Below, piece by piece: positions 7,991 through 17,388 of a stretch of DNA of 49,322 nt (position 1 is the stretch's first letter; every line of letters starts with the position of its first letter). The stretch comes from a virus (lineage: Duplodnaviria > Caudoviricetes), in IMG/VR virus record IMGVR_UViG_3300016476_000832, positions 1 to 49,322 of that record. One strand, written 5' to 3'. The notes under the pieces were generated by a model. It searched no databases and had not been told where the DNA came from. It saw only the letters and a program-made list of their open reading frames with translations. The position numbers and the translations under genes are program-made.

Positions 7991-10675
7991 GTGGCTGGCT
8001 GGGAGAGCGCGAACGGAAGATTGGCTGCAGGCGCTGAATGGTACGCAAAAAATAACTGGCAAGTACTGCCGGTTCATGGTATCGACAAAAATGGAATGTG
8101 TACATGTGGTAAAACCCACAAGGATCCAAAAGAGAATGCAAAACACCCAGCGTCAGTCAACGGACAAAAAGATGCAACAAACGATGTATCGATGGTTCAA
8201 GCGTGGTGGTCAGAAAATCCTGACTATAACATCGGTATTTACGCCAAGGACTCCGGATTTTTAGTTATAGACGTAGACCCCAGACACAACGGACACGAGT
8301 CCCTGATTAAGCTTGAAGAACGCGCTAACGGAAATCTTCCAAAAACCGTAGAGGCAATTACTGGAGAGTATTCAACCAAGACTGGTCCTATGCGTGGCCG
8401 CCACCTAATCTATAAGTGCGATCCAAACGAAAAATTTATTGGAAACTTTAAGGCTCAGGGTCTTGATGGCATTGATGTCAAACACAACGGATACATTCTT
8501 GTTGCTCCGTCTCGCCACTCCACGGGGCACTGCTATGAGTGGAAACCTGGCCACGCACCATGGGAGATTGAAATTGCAGAAGCACCAGAGGAGCTGCTCG
8601 CAATTATCCGAGCAAAAAGTTTAAAAAAGCCAGGCAGCTATAACGGATCAAATTACGAGCTCACAGACTGGGAGTTTTTACGAGACCTAAAGTTTGGTAC
8701 AGGAAACGAAAAGTTAGACATTGACAAGATTCTTGAAGAAGGAATCGACGAAGGTGGTAGAGCTATAGGCCTCTATGCCCTAGCCTGTGCTCTAGCAAAT
8801 AAGTTTGGTACAGATGTTGCGGGACGCGCTTCCGTAGAAGCAATGATGCTTAAGTTTAATGCAGAAATGGTTAGACCCCCAATGGACGTCGAGGGTACTA
8901 ACGGGCTTTTGATGCACACCAGGAGAGCCATAAACTTTGTTGCCGACAACCCTGTGTGGGCAAAGTGGTGGGAAGGCATTAAAGACTATGTACCAGAGAA
9001 TGGTATGGATTGGGCAAAGAAAGTTTCTGCAAACTTCATACAATCGCCATCTCCATCTACTTCTTTTAACTACACCTACTCCTCTGACCAGGTTGACTCG
9101 GATACTCTAGAGGTTTTTGACTCAGCGAATGCTGTTGGGGATCAGGTAGCCTCTTTGGCTGCTAAAGGCAGGTCGTTAAAAGATATTACTTCCGGAGGAA
9201 ACCTGGATTTACCAAGAGATCCAGATGCAATCAGCTCGGAAGCTGGGGGCCGCCCAGGGGGTCGAAGCTTAACTGATGTCGGTAATGGAAGAAGATTAGT
9301 AGACGCTTTCGGAGCGACAATCAGGCACACAGACAATGTTGGGTGGTTCGTATGGAACGGCAATTACTGGCGTCCAGACGGTCAAATGACTCAAATTAGG
9401 GAAATCGCGAAATCTGTATCTACAGTTATAGCAAGAGAAGTTGCAGAGCTAAAGAGTGCTGACGACCCTAGAGGGGCAGAACTAGTTAAGTGGGCCAACT
9501 CTGCAAAATCTAATTCTCGCATCAATGCAATGATCGAGCAGGCAACAACAGACCCACGAATCACTATGGACCTAGAGGACTGGGACAAAGATCCTTACCT
9601 ACTCGGTGTCAGAAATGGTGTAGTAGACCTGAGGACTGGAGCATTGCAGAGCGGTGACATCGAGTCTCACATCACCAGAATCTCCCCGATCTCATACACA
9701 CAGGGACTTACAAATGTTAGATGGACGAACTTCTTAAATGAGGCATTTAATGGAGACCAAGAGTACATCAACTGGATACAAAAAGCTGTGGGATATACCG
9801 CAACTGGACTAAACAACCAAGACGTTGTGTTCATCATTTATGGACCTCCAGGATCTGGTAAAAACACTTTCATCGAAACAATCTTCGAGGCCCTAGGAAA
9901 AGCTCAGCACGCGTGGGCTTTAGACTCAAACGTTCTAGCCTTGGGGGACAAAGTAAGTAACACCGATGAATACCACATGGCTGAGCTTCGCGGTCGCCGC
10001 ATGATCTGGGTAGATGAGCTGCCAGAAAATGAGCGAATCAAGGAAAATCAAATCAAGAAGCTAACAGGTTCTGGAACTATTCAAGGACGATCTCCAGGAG
10101 AAAAACCGATTCAATTTACCTCTACCGGAAAGCTTTGGATATCCACAAACCACAGGCCGATCATTACAGATGAAGCTATGTGGCGTCGTCTATTGCCAGT
10201 ACCTCTGACCAATAAGCCAGCAAAGCCAGATCCAGGACTAAAGAAGTATCTTGCAGATCCGGATGGTGCCCTTCCAGCAGTATTAGCATGGATTGTAGAG
10301 GGTGCGGTCAAGTACTTAGCATCTACATACAGCCAGGAAAATCCACTAGAGATGTGCACCGTTGTCAAGAATGCGCACGAAATCTATCGAAAGAATGAAG
10401 ATAGAATTGGTGCATTCATGGAGGAAGAAACCATTAGCGGTGAGAGCGTAAATGTTAACGCTCTATATAAGAGATACAAGCAGTGGTCAGACTCCAGAGG
10501 AGAAAGACCGATTACCCAGATTTCTTTCCACAGAAAACTTGCCGATAGGGGTCTAGAGGTTTTAGGTAATGGAAATAGGGCGATCGTAAATGGCATAGCT
10601 TTAGCCCTATATGAAGCCCCTACTTATGATCAAGTAGATTTCTCTACAGCCGCAAGATTCTCCACTGGATTTTAA
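7991..10675 (+). CDS. bifunctional primase-polymerase (Prim-Pol) / D5-P4 family SF3 helicase
   Basis: N-terminal CTCG...KHP, NIGI, VIDVDPRH, GRHLIY, GIDVK. D5_N motif LTDVGNGRRL. Walker A GPPGSGKNT. Confidence 0.95.
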   Translation: MAGWESANGRLAAGAEWYAKNNWQVLPVHGIDKNGMCTCGKTHKDPKENAKHPASVNGQKDATNDVSMVQAWWSENPDYNIGIYAKDSGFLVIDVDPRHNGHESLIKLEERANGNLPKTVEAITGEYSTKTGPMRGRHLIYKCDPNEKFIGNFKAQGLDGIDVKHNGYILVAPSRHSTGHCYEWKPGHAPWEIEIAEAPEELLAIIRAKSLKKPGSYNGSNYELTDWEFLRDLKFGTGNEKLDIDKILEEGIDEGGRAIGLYALACALANKFGTDVAGRASVEAMMLKFNAEMVRPPMDVEGTNGLLMHTRRAINFVADNPVWAKWWEGIKDYVPENGMDWAKKVSANFIQSPSPSTSFNYTYSSDQVDSDTLEVFDSANAVGDQVASLAAKGRSLKDITSGGNLDLPRDPDAISSEAGGRPGGRSLTDVGNGRRLVDAFGATIRHTDNVGWFVWNGNYWRPDGQMTQIREIAKSVSTVIAREVAELKSADDPRGAELVKWANSAKSNSRINAMIEQATTDPRITMDLEDWDKDPYLLGVRNGVVDLRTGALQSGDIESHITRISPISYTQGLTNVRWTNFLNEAFNGDQEYINWIQKAVGYTATGLNNQDVVFIIYGPPGSGKNTFIETIFEALGKAQHAWALDSNVLALGDKVSNTDEYHMAELRGRRMIWVDELPENERIKENQIKKLTGSGTIQGRSPGEKPIQFTSTGKLWISTNHRPIITDEAMWRRLLPVPLTNKPAKPDPGLKKYLADPDGALPAVLAWIVEGAVKYLASTYSQENPLEMCTVVKNAHEIYRKNEDRIGAFMEEETISGESVNVNALYKRYKQWSDSRGERPITQISFHRKLADRGLEVLGNGNRAIVNGIALALYEAPTYDQVDFSTAARFSTGF

Positions 10676-10694
10676 TTAGATAGGATAGGTAATT

Positions 10695-11525
10695 ATGAAA
10701 CTATATATAGCCACTCCAATGTATGGCGGAATCGCCAAGAATAACTACACTATTGGACTACAGAATCTGATTGTTGCCTTATCCCAGGCTGGTCATTCTA
10801 TAACCACTACGACAATAGGAAACGAAAGTTTGATTACCAGAGCCAGAAACACTCTGGCGCACAAGTTTATGAAGACAGACTGCGATGCTCTTCTTTTTAT
10901 AGATGCCGATCATGGCTGGGATGCATCTGATGTCGTAAAAATGATCGAATCCGGAAAAGATTTAATTGGCGCTATCTATCCGATGAAGGGGATTAACTGG
11001 GAGAACGTTAGAGCAGCGGCTTTAGCAGGAAAACCAGCAAATGAGCTAGAGCAGTATTCCGGTCACTTTGCAATAAATCTGCTACCAGAGAGTCAGCAGT
11101 TTAATGAAAATGAACCATTTAAGGTCAAAGACATCGGAACTGGAATGATGTTTATTTCTAGAAAAGTATTTGAGGATCTAAAACCTCACTGCAAGAAGTA
11201 TAGAAATAACAACGTTGGGAATACCGGAATCGAGTTCGGTGAAATGATAACCGAATACTTTACAACCATTATCGACGAAAACGATATCCTACTTTCAGAG
11301 GACTATGCGTTTTGTAGGATGTGGCAGAACATTGGCGGGGAGGTTTGGTCAGCCCCATGGGTAAGAATTACCCACTCTGGTGACTACAACTTCTCAGGAA
11401 GATTTGCTCGAATGATCGAGGCTAACAACATCAAGAGAGCAATGGAACAGGCCCAGGCGGCTAGACAAGACCTTAAGCAAGAAAATAGTACAGAAGAGGA
11501 ACCAAAAGAACCTTCTACAAAATGA
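10695..11525 (+). CDS. GT-A fold glycosyltransferase-like protein
   Basis: IATPMYGG, SLITRARN, DxD motif (LLFIDAD), GTGMMFI, LSEDYAFCRMW. Confidence 0.8.
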   Translation: MKLYIATPMYGGIAKNNYTIGLQNLIVALSQAGHSITTTTIGNESLITRARNTLAHKFMKTDCDALLFIDADHGWDASDVVKMIESGKDLIGAIYPMKGINWENVRAAALAGKPANELEQYSGHFAINLLPESQQFNENEPFKVKDIGTGMMFISRKVFEDLKPHCKKYRNNNVGNTGIEFGEMITEYFTTIIDENDILLSEDYAFCRMWQNIGGEVWSAPWVRITHSGDYNFSGRFARMIEANNIKRAMEQAQAARQDLKQENSTEEEPKEPSTK

Positions 11526-11572
11526 GAAAATAGATCATAAGGGAAATACCCTTAGATCGAGGTAACTGAATA

Positions 11573-11689
11573 TTGGCTAATGTAAAAGACTATGTTTGTG
11601 CAGTCTGTTCAAAACAATATGTTGTTCCTAGCTTGGCTAGAGATTGTGAAAAACGACACGAAGTAGTAATTTTACGAAAAGCTAGCTAA
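11573..11689 (+). CDS. small zinc-finger protein (38 aa, not in ORF track)
   Basis: TTG start with GAGGT RBS. MANVKDYVCAVCSKQYVVPSLARDCEKRHEVVILRKAS contains C-x2-C-x12-C-x3-H. Confidence 0.65.
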   Translation: MANVKDYVCAVCSKQYVVPSLARDCEKRHEVVILRKAS

Positions 11690-11740
11690 ATTCTCATTTT
11701 AGTAGTACCATAGGTTCAACCATTGGTTGAAGGAGAGGCT

Positions 11741-12022
11741 ATGGCTCTAGCAGATCGACTCAAGACTGCTCAGTACAGGTATAAAGAAGATAACTTTGCC
11801 TGCAAACTGATTGCAATTACCAAGGACACTAGACTAAGCGACAAAGACGTTGAAGCACTGCTGTCCATTATTAATTCACGGCCCGGTGATGAGGACCATG
11901 TGCCGAACATACGACTAGCATACGCTCTTCGCGAAGAGGGATATGACATTAGTCCAAGCACGGTAGATAGACATAGAAATGGCATCTGCGCTTGCTCAAG
12001 GGTTCAGGGAGGAACTAAGTGA
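11741..12022 (+). CDS. small HTH-like protein with Cys/His tail
   Basis: AGGAGAGG RBS before ATG 11741. Motif YALREEGYDISPSTVDRHRNGICAC. GTGA overlap with next gene. Confidence 0.7.
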   Translation: MALADRLKTAQYRYKEDNFACKLIAITKDTRLSDKDVEALLSIINSRPGDEDHVPNIRLAYALREEGYDISPSTVDRHRNGICACSRVQGGTK

Positions 12023-13218
12023 GCCTATCGGAAAAACTAGAAAAGCTACGCTCACCAGGAGCCAGCGGTTCCGACGCAAGAGCCATTAAGCAGCCGGAAG
12101 ATTGGCGTCCAAGAATGGACATCGATACAGTTCGCGGCGGTTTTGTTATTGGCGCACCAAGACCGGAGCATGAAATGGTAGACGCCACTACCGTTCTTGC
12201 AGAGTTTGGATTAAACCCACTAGAGTGGGCAGTTACATCCCTTAGACGGGGAAAGTGGCAAAAGTATGATGGCGAGTGGCTGGAGTCAGTTCGAGTAAAT
12301 ATTGTTCCAGCAAACTATATGGCTACAGATGAGCTAGATATTGAAAGCCTTGTAGATCATATTAAGAAGTGGCGTCCAGCTAAGGGCTATAAGAAGTCCA
12401 GTGGCTCGGGCGCTTTTTTGGTTGCCCCTAGCGACCAGCAGATTGGTAAGAAGGCAAATGGTCAAGGAACAGAGCAGTCAGTTGGCCGAATCCTTCAATT
12501 GACAGAGAGTGCGGTAAATAAGTTTGAAGCTTATAAAAAGATGGGCCTTTCTCTTGGCACTATATGCCTTGCGCTACCAGGCGACCATGTGGAAGGAACT
12601 ACCAGCCAAAACGGAAGACTCCAAGGGCAAGCTGCGTCGGATCTTGGAATCACGGAGCAAACGCGAGTCGCAAGAAGACTACTACTGGCGCAGGTCAAAG
12701 CCCTAGCACCGCTAGTGGATCGAATGATTATTCCAGTAATTAACGGAAACCACGATGAGGCAACTCGCCAGGTTGTGACTGATCCAGCTGATGGATGGAA
12801 CGTAGAGATTGCTTCTGCAGTGCAGGACATATGCGCCGAGAACCCTGAACTATCTCATGTCGAGTTCCGCTACCCGAGCTCTGGCCACCAGACACTTACT
12901 GTAGACGTCTGCGGTACTATGGTTGGACTATTTCACGGCCACCAGGCCAGCCAGAACAACACACTAAAATACATCTCTCAGCAATCTGCAGGTCAGACTG
13001 CACTAGGTTCAGCAGATCTGTGGATCTCCGGGCACTACCACAATTTCCGTACTATGGACATTGGCGAGCGCCTCTGGGTGCAGGCTCCAACGACTGACCC
13101 TGGAAGCGAGTGGTTCCGCGACCGAGCTGGGCTAGAGTCAAAGCCAGGACTCCTTACTATGGTTGTCGGAGGAGACTTCGAGCCCAGAGAGTTCATAAGT
13201 GTTTTAGCGGTAAAGTAA
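12019..13218 (+). CDS. calcineurin-like metallophosphoesterase (Mre11-like)
   Basis: SDQQIG, GDHVEG, GNHDE, FHGH, GHYH motifs. Confidence 0.88.
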   Translation: MSLSEKLEKLRSPGASGSDARAIKQPEDWRPRMDIDTVRGGFVIGAPRPEHEMVDATTVLAEFGLNPLEWAVTSLRRGKWQKYDGEWLESVRVNIVPANYMATDELDIESLVDHIKKWRPAKGYKKSSGSGAFLVAPSDQQIGKKANGQGTEQSVGRILQLTESAVNKFEAYKKMGLSLGTICLALPGDHVEGTTSQNGRLQGQAASDLGITEQTRVARRLLLAQVKALAPLVDRMIIPVINGNHDEATRQVVTDPADGWNVEIASAVQDICAENPELSHVEFRYPSSGHQTLTVDVCGTMVGLFHGHQASQNNTLKYISQQSAGQTALGSADLWISGHYHNFRTMDIGERLWVQAPTTDPGSEWFRDRAGLESKPGLLTMVVGGDFEPREFISVLAVK

Positions 13219-14288
13219 TGCCAAAAATTGCTGTCTACACTATTGCCTTAAACGAGGAGCAGTTCGTAGAGCGATGGTATGAAAGTGCTAAAGACGCTGA
13301 CTATCTCTTAATTGCAGATACGGGCAGTACAGATGATACCCGTGAAATCGCAAGTAAGCTTGGAATCAATGTAATACTGATTTCAGTAAAGCCTTGGAGA
13401 TTTGATGATGCAAGAAATGCGTCTCTAGCAGCTTTGCCAGACGATATCGATATGTGCATACAGCTAGATATGGACGAGGTTCTTCTACCAGGTTGGCGTC
13501 AAGAAATAGAAAACGCCATTACTCAGGGGGCAACCAGAGTCAGGTATAACTACACCTGGAATTGGAAAGATGAAGCAGAAACAATTCCATCGACAACATT
13601 TGGCGGAGACAAAATCCACGCCAGATTTGGCTACAGATGGAAACACCCAGTACATGAGGTAATAGTTCCCTACGGATCTACTATAGAAAAACAGGTTTGG
13701 ACAAAGCTAGAGATACATCACCACCCCGACAAAACTAAATCAAGATCTCAGTATCTCCCCCTCCTAAAGCTTTCCATTGAAGAGTCACCAAATGACGATA
13801 GGAACGCTTATTATTATGCTAGAGAGCTTTATTTTCACGGCCAGTATGATCTAGCCAAAAACGAATTTAAACGTCACCTAGAGCTTCCTACGGCCGTTTG
13901 GCCCCCGGAGAGGGCAGCTTCCATGAGGTATCTAGCTAAGATTGAGCCGGACCAGAAAGAGCACTGGCTGATGCAGGCTCATTTGGAGGCTCCGTGGAGA
14001 CGAGAGCCTTTAGTGGAGCTTGCTCAGCACTTCTATGAGGTTGAATCCTGGGCATCTTGTTTGCATTTTTCAGAGAAGGCATTGGCCATAAAAGAAAAGC
14101 CACTTGACTACCTTTGTGAAGATTTTGCCTGGGGATACTTACCTTGGGATCTTGCTGCAATATCTGCGTACAGATCTGAAAGCTATAACAAGGCCTATAA
14201 ATATGGAAAAATGGCAAGCCAATTAGATCCGAAAAATGAAAGATTAAAGAATAATCTTAAGTATTATTCTGTGGCGGTCTCTTCTTAG
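13218..14288 (+). CDS. family 2 glycosyltransferase with C-terminal TPR-like repeats
   Basis: True start is ATG 13218 (TAATG coupling). IALNEE, DTGSTDDT, FDDARN, LDMDE, VHE motifs, then helical repeats (YYYARELY). Confidence 0.9.
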   Translation: MPKIAVYTIALNEEQFVERWYESAKDADYLLIADTGSTDDTREIASKLGINVILISVKPWRFDDARNASLAALPDDIDMCIQLDMDEVLLPGWRQEIENAITQGATRVRYNYTWNWKDEAETIPSTTFGGDKIHARFGYRWKHPVHEVIVPYGSTIEKQVWTKLEIHHHPDKTKSRSQYLPLLKLSIEESPNDDRNAYYYARELYFHGQYDLAKNEFKRHLELPTAVWPPERAASMRYLAKIEPDQKEHWLMQAHLEAPWRREPLVELAQHFYEVESWASCLHFSEKALAIKEKPLDYLCEDFAWGYLPWDLAAISAYRSESYNKAYKYGKMASQLDPKNERLKNNLKYYSVAVSS

Positions 14289-14730
14289 TTTCTAAAGCGT
14301 GGTAGGCATCAACAGCATTTGCACTAGTCCGGCTTTGCCAAGTGAACTGGCACTCACTACATCTAACTATTCTCATGGTTGCCCATCTGCCGCCCTCTGG
14401 ACGATCCACAGTTGCAGTCATGAGCTTGTCAGTTTTACATCTACAGTTAGGGCAGAGCGGGAATCTTTTGTATCTAATCTCCTGCCCCTCCCAGTTCACA
14501 GATAGGGTGTTCCTAATTTTTTGTGGATCTAGGCCACCCCAAATTCCCCAAATTTGTTTGTTATTCAGTCCCCACTGAAGACATTCTTTCCGAACCGGGC
14601 ACTTATTGCAAAGCTTTTTCGCCTCCCACTGCTGAGAAGGCTTATTTGCAAAGAAGTTATCTATTTTGTCAGAGTTTTCTGGCTTTGCACACTCCGCATC
14701 TTCATGCCAATCTGGAGTATCAAAAAACAT
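14257..14730 (-). CDS. whiB: WhiB family transcription factor with C-terminal zinc ribbon
   Basis: W..AEC...FF...AKKLCNKCPVRKECL...GIWGG, plus extra CPNC...CSEC. Confidence 0.93.
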   Translation of the reverse strand: MFFDTPDWHEDAECAKPENSDKIDNFFANKPSQQWEAKKLCNKCPVRKECLQWGLNNKQIWGIWGGLDPQKIRNTLSVNWEGQEIRYKRFPLCPNCRCKTDKLMTATVDRPEGGRWATMRIVRCSECQFTWQSRTSANAVDAYHALETKKRPPQNNT

Positions 14731-15058
14731 ACGGTACCTCTACGAATGTCGCGTCCCAGTCGTAGTTGTCGTCATCCAACGAGCAGTATGTAGGAAAACG
14801 ATCCTCGTCTTCCGGATACCAATAACCAGCCAGCTCTACAACTGAATCTTCTATCAGTTTGTACGATTCGCCAAGAGAATAGGCTATTCCCTCTTGCTGT
14901 ATAGCCCGTGCCAAAGCCCTGCGAGACTCTGGATCATTGTCTAAATAGACATGCTCATTTATATAGAAAACTATAGAGTCAGAGTGCAGCTTATTTGGGT
15001 AGTCGTTGCCCTCCCAGATAAGCCAAGATGGCAAAGCTATAACTTTTTTGCGCCTCAT
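14720..15058 (-). CDS. hypothetical protein
   Basis: 112-aa ORF overlapping the whiB start. Confidence 0.7.
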   Translation of the reverse strand: MRRKKVIALPSWLIWEGNDYPNKLHSDSIVFYINEHVYLDNDPESRRALARAIQQEGIAYSLGESYKLIEDSVVELAGYWYPEDEDRFPTYCSLDDDNYDWDATFVEVPYVF

Positions 15059-15108
15059 AAAAACTAAACATATCTATAAGGCAGATAACCTTACCGTAAA
15101 TTACAAAA

Positions 15109-15600
15109 TTACTTTACGGGCCAGATATAGTCATATGTTTCTGGACGCTTTCCAGAATCTTCCTCCCAGCCGAACTGGCTGTACCATTCATAGTCCTTAT
15201 TCAAAAGCGCCATTCTATGGCTAGAAGCAACCTGAGCAAACAACTCTCGATCGCGCATCCAAGCAGGGTAGCGGTGGCTTTCTCTAGTGATGCGTCCTAG
15301 CTTTACTGCCTGAATGTAGGTCTGAAGTGTCTTCTGTCCAATAGTGGACTTGTAGCCGCGCTTTTCCCACTCCAAAACCATCTTGAGAATGTACGAAACT
15401 AAGGCACCTTCGTGGCCACGCCACATTTTGACAGCAGGATGGTTAGACCAACCCTTCGAGACACGGTGGTTACCCTGGGGATCCAACTGAACCAGGTTCA
15501 TAAGGATCTGCCAGCCCTCAAGGGCTTGCTTGTTCAGACGTGCTCGGTCCAGTACTTGTGCAGTATCCGCCGAGCCAAATAGCGGTACAAATGTTTGCAT
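15109..15600 (-). CDS. MSMEG_6728-like / pyrimidine dimer DNA glycosylase (endonuclease V) family protein
   Basis: MQTF.P...LD..RL.KQ..E..QIL...GW.NHPAVKMWRGHE...SHR..LL.KD..WY pattern. Confidence 0.8.
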   Translation of the reverse strand: MQTFVPLFGSADTAQVLDRARLNKQALEGWQILMNLVQLDPQGNHRVSKGWSNHPAVKMWRGHEGALVSYILKMVLEWEKRGYKSTIGQKTLQTYIQAVKLGRITRESHRYPAWMRDRELFAQVASSHRMALLNKDYEWYSQFGWEEDSGKRPETYDYIWPVK

Positions 15601-15606
15601 AACTAG

Positions 15607-15635
15607 AAGTTAGCAGACGGTAGTTAGTTTGTCAA
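15607..15635 (-). promoter_or_regulatory. SigA-type promoter giving a leaderless transcript
   Basis: On - strand: TTGACA-N17-TAACTT-N6-ATG(15600), with no RBS. Confidence 0.65.
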
Positions 15636-15636
15636 G

Positions 15637-15891
15637 CTAAAAACCAAAAGGTTTTGCAACACTCTGCTTTACAGAACCATAAGCCAAAATCTGAAAGATC
15701 TGAGACTCCACTGCAGCTTCGATCTCAGTTACGGTTTCTGCCTTTGTGTATGAGACCTTAAGCTCTATACTTACTCGATCCTCGACTTCTGAGACATCAA
15801 TTTTTAGGAATCTAGCAATCTCCGCTATTGCTCTCTCTTTTGCCTCATCGATATCAGAAGCAAGAATTTTAAGCTCGAAAGATGTTCTCAT
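15637..15891 (-). CDS. hypothetical protein
   Basis: 84-aa ORF, TAATG-coupled to the upstream gene. Confidence 0.7.
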   Translation of the reverse strand: MRTSFELKILASDIDEAKERAIAEIARFLKIDVSEVEDRVSIELKVSYTKAETVTEIEAAVESQIFQILAYGSVKQSVAKPFGF

Positions 15892-16328
15892 TATCTTGTC
15901 TTTCTAATGCGCTTCTCTAGCTTGTACGGCGAGTAGTGGACGCCCCTAAGCTCTGGACTCTTTCCGTCTGTGTCGTTGAAGATGACATCGCCATAGCGAA
16001 CTGCAACCACTGTGCCGCGGCGGCCGTTGTGTATGGGTCCGAGCTTGTCTGTGTAAGCATCTGCCTTAACGCGTACGACATCTCCAACGGCGATTTGCCC
16101 TGGCTGTAGTGGTATCCAGGTGTAGTCATCTTCATTTTCCTCTTGCTTTATTACGTGTCCCATAGCTAAAACCGGGAATACGCTTAGTACTTCTTTTTTC
16201 ATGGCATCACTAAGCTCGGGTATCTCGGCCCAAGCGTCCATCAGTTTCATGATGGCTTTGCCAGACCCTACTTTTACTTTTGCTGCTTGTAGCTGATCAG
16301 CTACCCAGTTCTTATCAAATTCAGGCAT
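15891..16328 (-). CDS. hypothetical protein with SH3/KOW-like C-terminal barrel
   Basis: IAVGDVVRVK...HNGRRGTVVAVRYGDV pattern. Confidence 0.7.
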   Translation of the reverse strand: MPEFDKNWVADQLQAAKVKVGSGKAIMKLMDAWAEIPELSDAMKKEVLSVFPVLAMGHVIKQEENEDDYTWIPLQPGQIAVGDVVRVKADAYTDKLGPIHNGRRGTVVAVRYGDVIFNDTDGKSPELRGVHYSPYKLEKRIRKTR

Positions 16329-17334
16329 TTTGTAACCTCTCCAATGTAGATCCTAGCAGAAGTTTAGTTACTTCAGCTTCTAATTCGTTGTTCGACGGTA
16401 TTGACTCTAAATAAACCCCCCGCTGAGTAGAGGCGAGTTGCTGCCTTTGGGCAGGAGACATGTCTTCTACCTGGTAGGGGAGAAGTGACCAGCTGTCGCT
16501 AAAGTTTTTGGTATCTAGCCAGTTGGTAACGATGGGGGTAGATGTATTTAAAGCTTGAATGATTCTGTAATTCCACCAAGTGGTCATATTTCTTTCCTGA
16601 GGCGGAACTATTAGCCCAATCCCATCTCTGATGGTTTGTAGTGCATATAAATCATCAGTTTTTCGTCCTACTTTTGTAGCAGCCTTTGGAAAGACGGTAG
16701 TCTTTTCTAAAGAATCCACCCAACTATTTTTTATGTTTTCTACCGACCAGTAGTCTTTTCTGCCGATCCTGGGAACTTCCGGATCTACTATCAAAGAGTC
16801 AAAATTAACCCCATAAACTTTTTCAGGGTTACCGAATCCAAGTATGGATCTAATCTTCTGATCAGTATTCCATGGTAGAGCCGGATAAATTATGGATGGC
16901 CACTCGGACACCAACATGTGTGCCGTGGCTTTTTCTACAACTGACGGAGTTTTTAGAATTGTCTGATATCCCTCACGCCTAGAGTAAAAAACTCCAAATA
17001 AGATTGATGGATCCTTGACTACAGCAGCAATGCTGTTTTTGTATTGCCATATCTGAGGACTGTCGACAACTATTTTTAGTTTTGGTGAGTCAAACATCAG
17101 TCCCAAAACATGTAGTCCACCATAAACTTTGTTGGCGCTAAGAGAAGTTGGCGGCAGAAAGCCAAAAATGATGTGATCGTACTTCTCTAAATCTTCTTTT
17201 GTCCATGACAGACTAGGGGACGCCCAAGTGACCTGAGCGTACTCAGATAAAACAGAGTCTAATACTGTAAAAAAGCTTGTGTTATCCGGCCTCTTGCAGT
17301 GGTGAGAACCCATACCGGTAAATAAAATATTCAT
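16321..17334 (-). CDS. hypothetical protein, possible GT-B fold glycosyltransferase
   Basis: Rossmann-like start MNILFTG. C-terminal WWNYRIIQALNTSTPIVT resembles the GT-B donor-binding helix. Confidence 0.45.
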   Translation of the reverse strand: MNILFTGMGSHHCKRPDNTSFFTVLDSVLSEYAQVTWASPSLSWTKEDLEKYDHIIFGFLPPTSLSANKVYGGLHVLGLMFDSPKLKIVVDSPQIWQYKNSIAAVVKDPSILFGVFYSRREGYQTILKTPSVVEKATAHMLVSEWPSIIYPALPWNTDQKIRSILGFGNPEKVYGVNFDSLIVDPEVPRIGRKDYWSVENIKNSWVDSLEKTTVFPKAATKVGRKTDDLYALQTIRDGIGLIVPPQERNMTTWWNYRIIQALNTSTPIVTNWLDTKNFSDSWSLLPYQVEDMSPAQRQQLASTQRGVYLESIPSNNELEAEVTKLLLGSTLERLQNA

Positions 17335-17355
17335 ATAGACCCTAAAAATAGTGTA

Positions 17356-17381
17356 GGCGGGGTGCCTTTCGACACCCCGCC
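17356..17381 (-). terminator. intrinsic terminator after SSB gene
   Basis: On - strand: GGCGGGGUGUC-GAAA-GGCACCCCGCC stem followed by UACACUAUUUUU. Confidence 0.75.
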
Positions 17382-17388
17382 AGACTCA

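Noticed and set aside
13110-13217. Longer N-terminus of the GT2 ORF
   Set aside because: It overlaps the phosphoesterase gene; the GT2 fold starts at the coupled ATG 13218.
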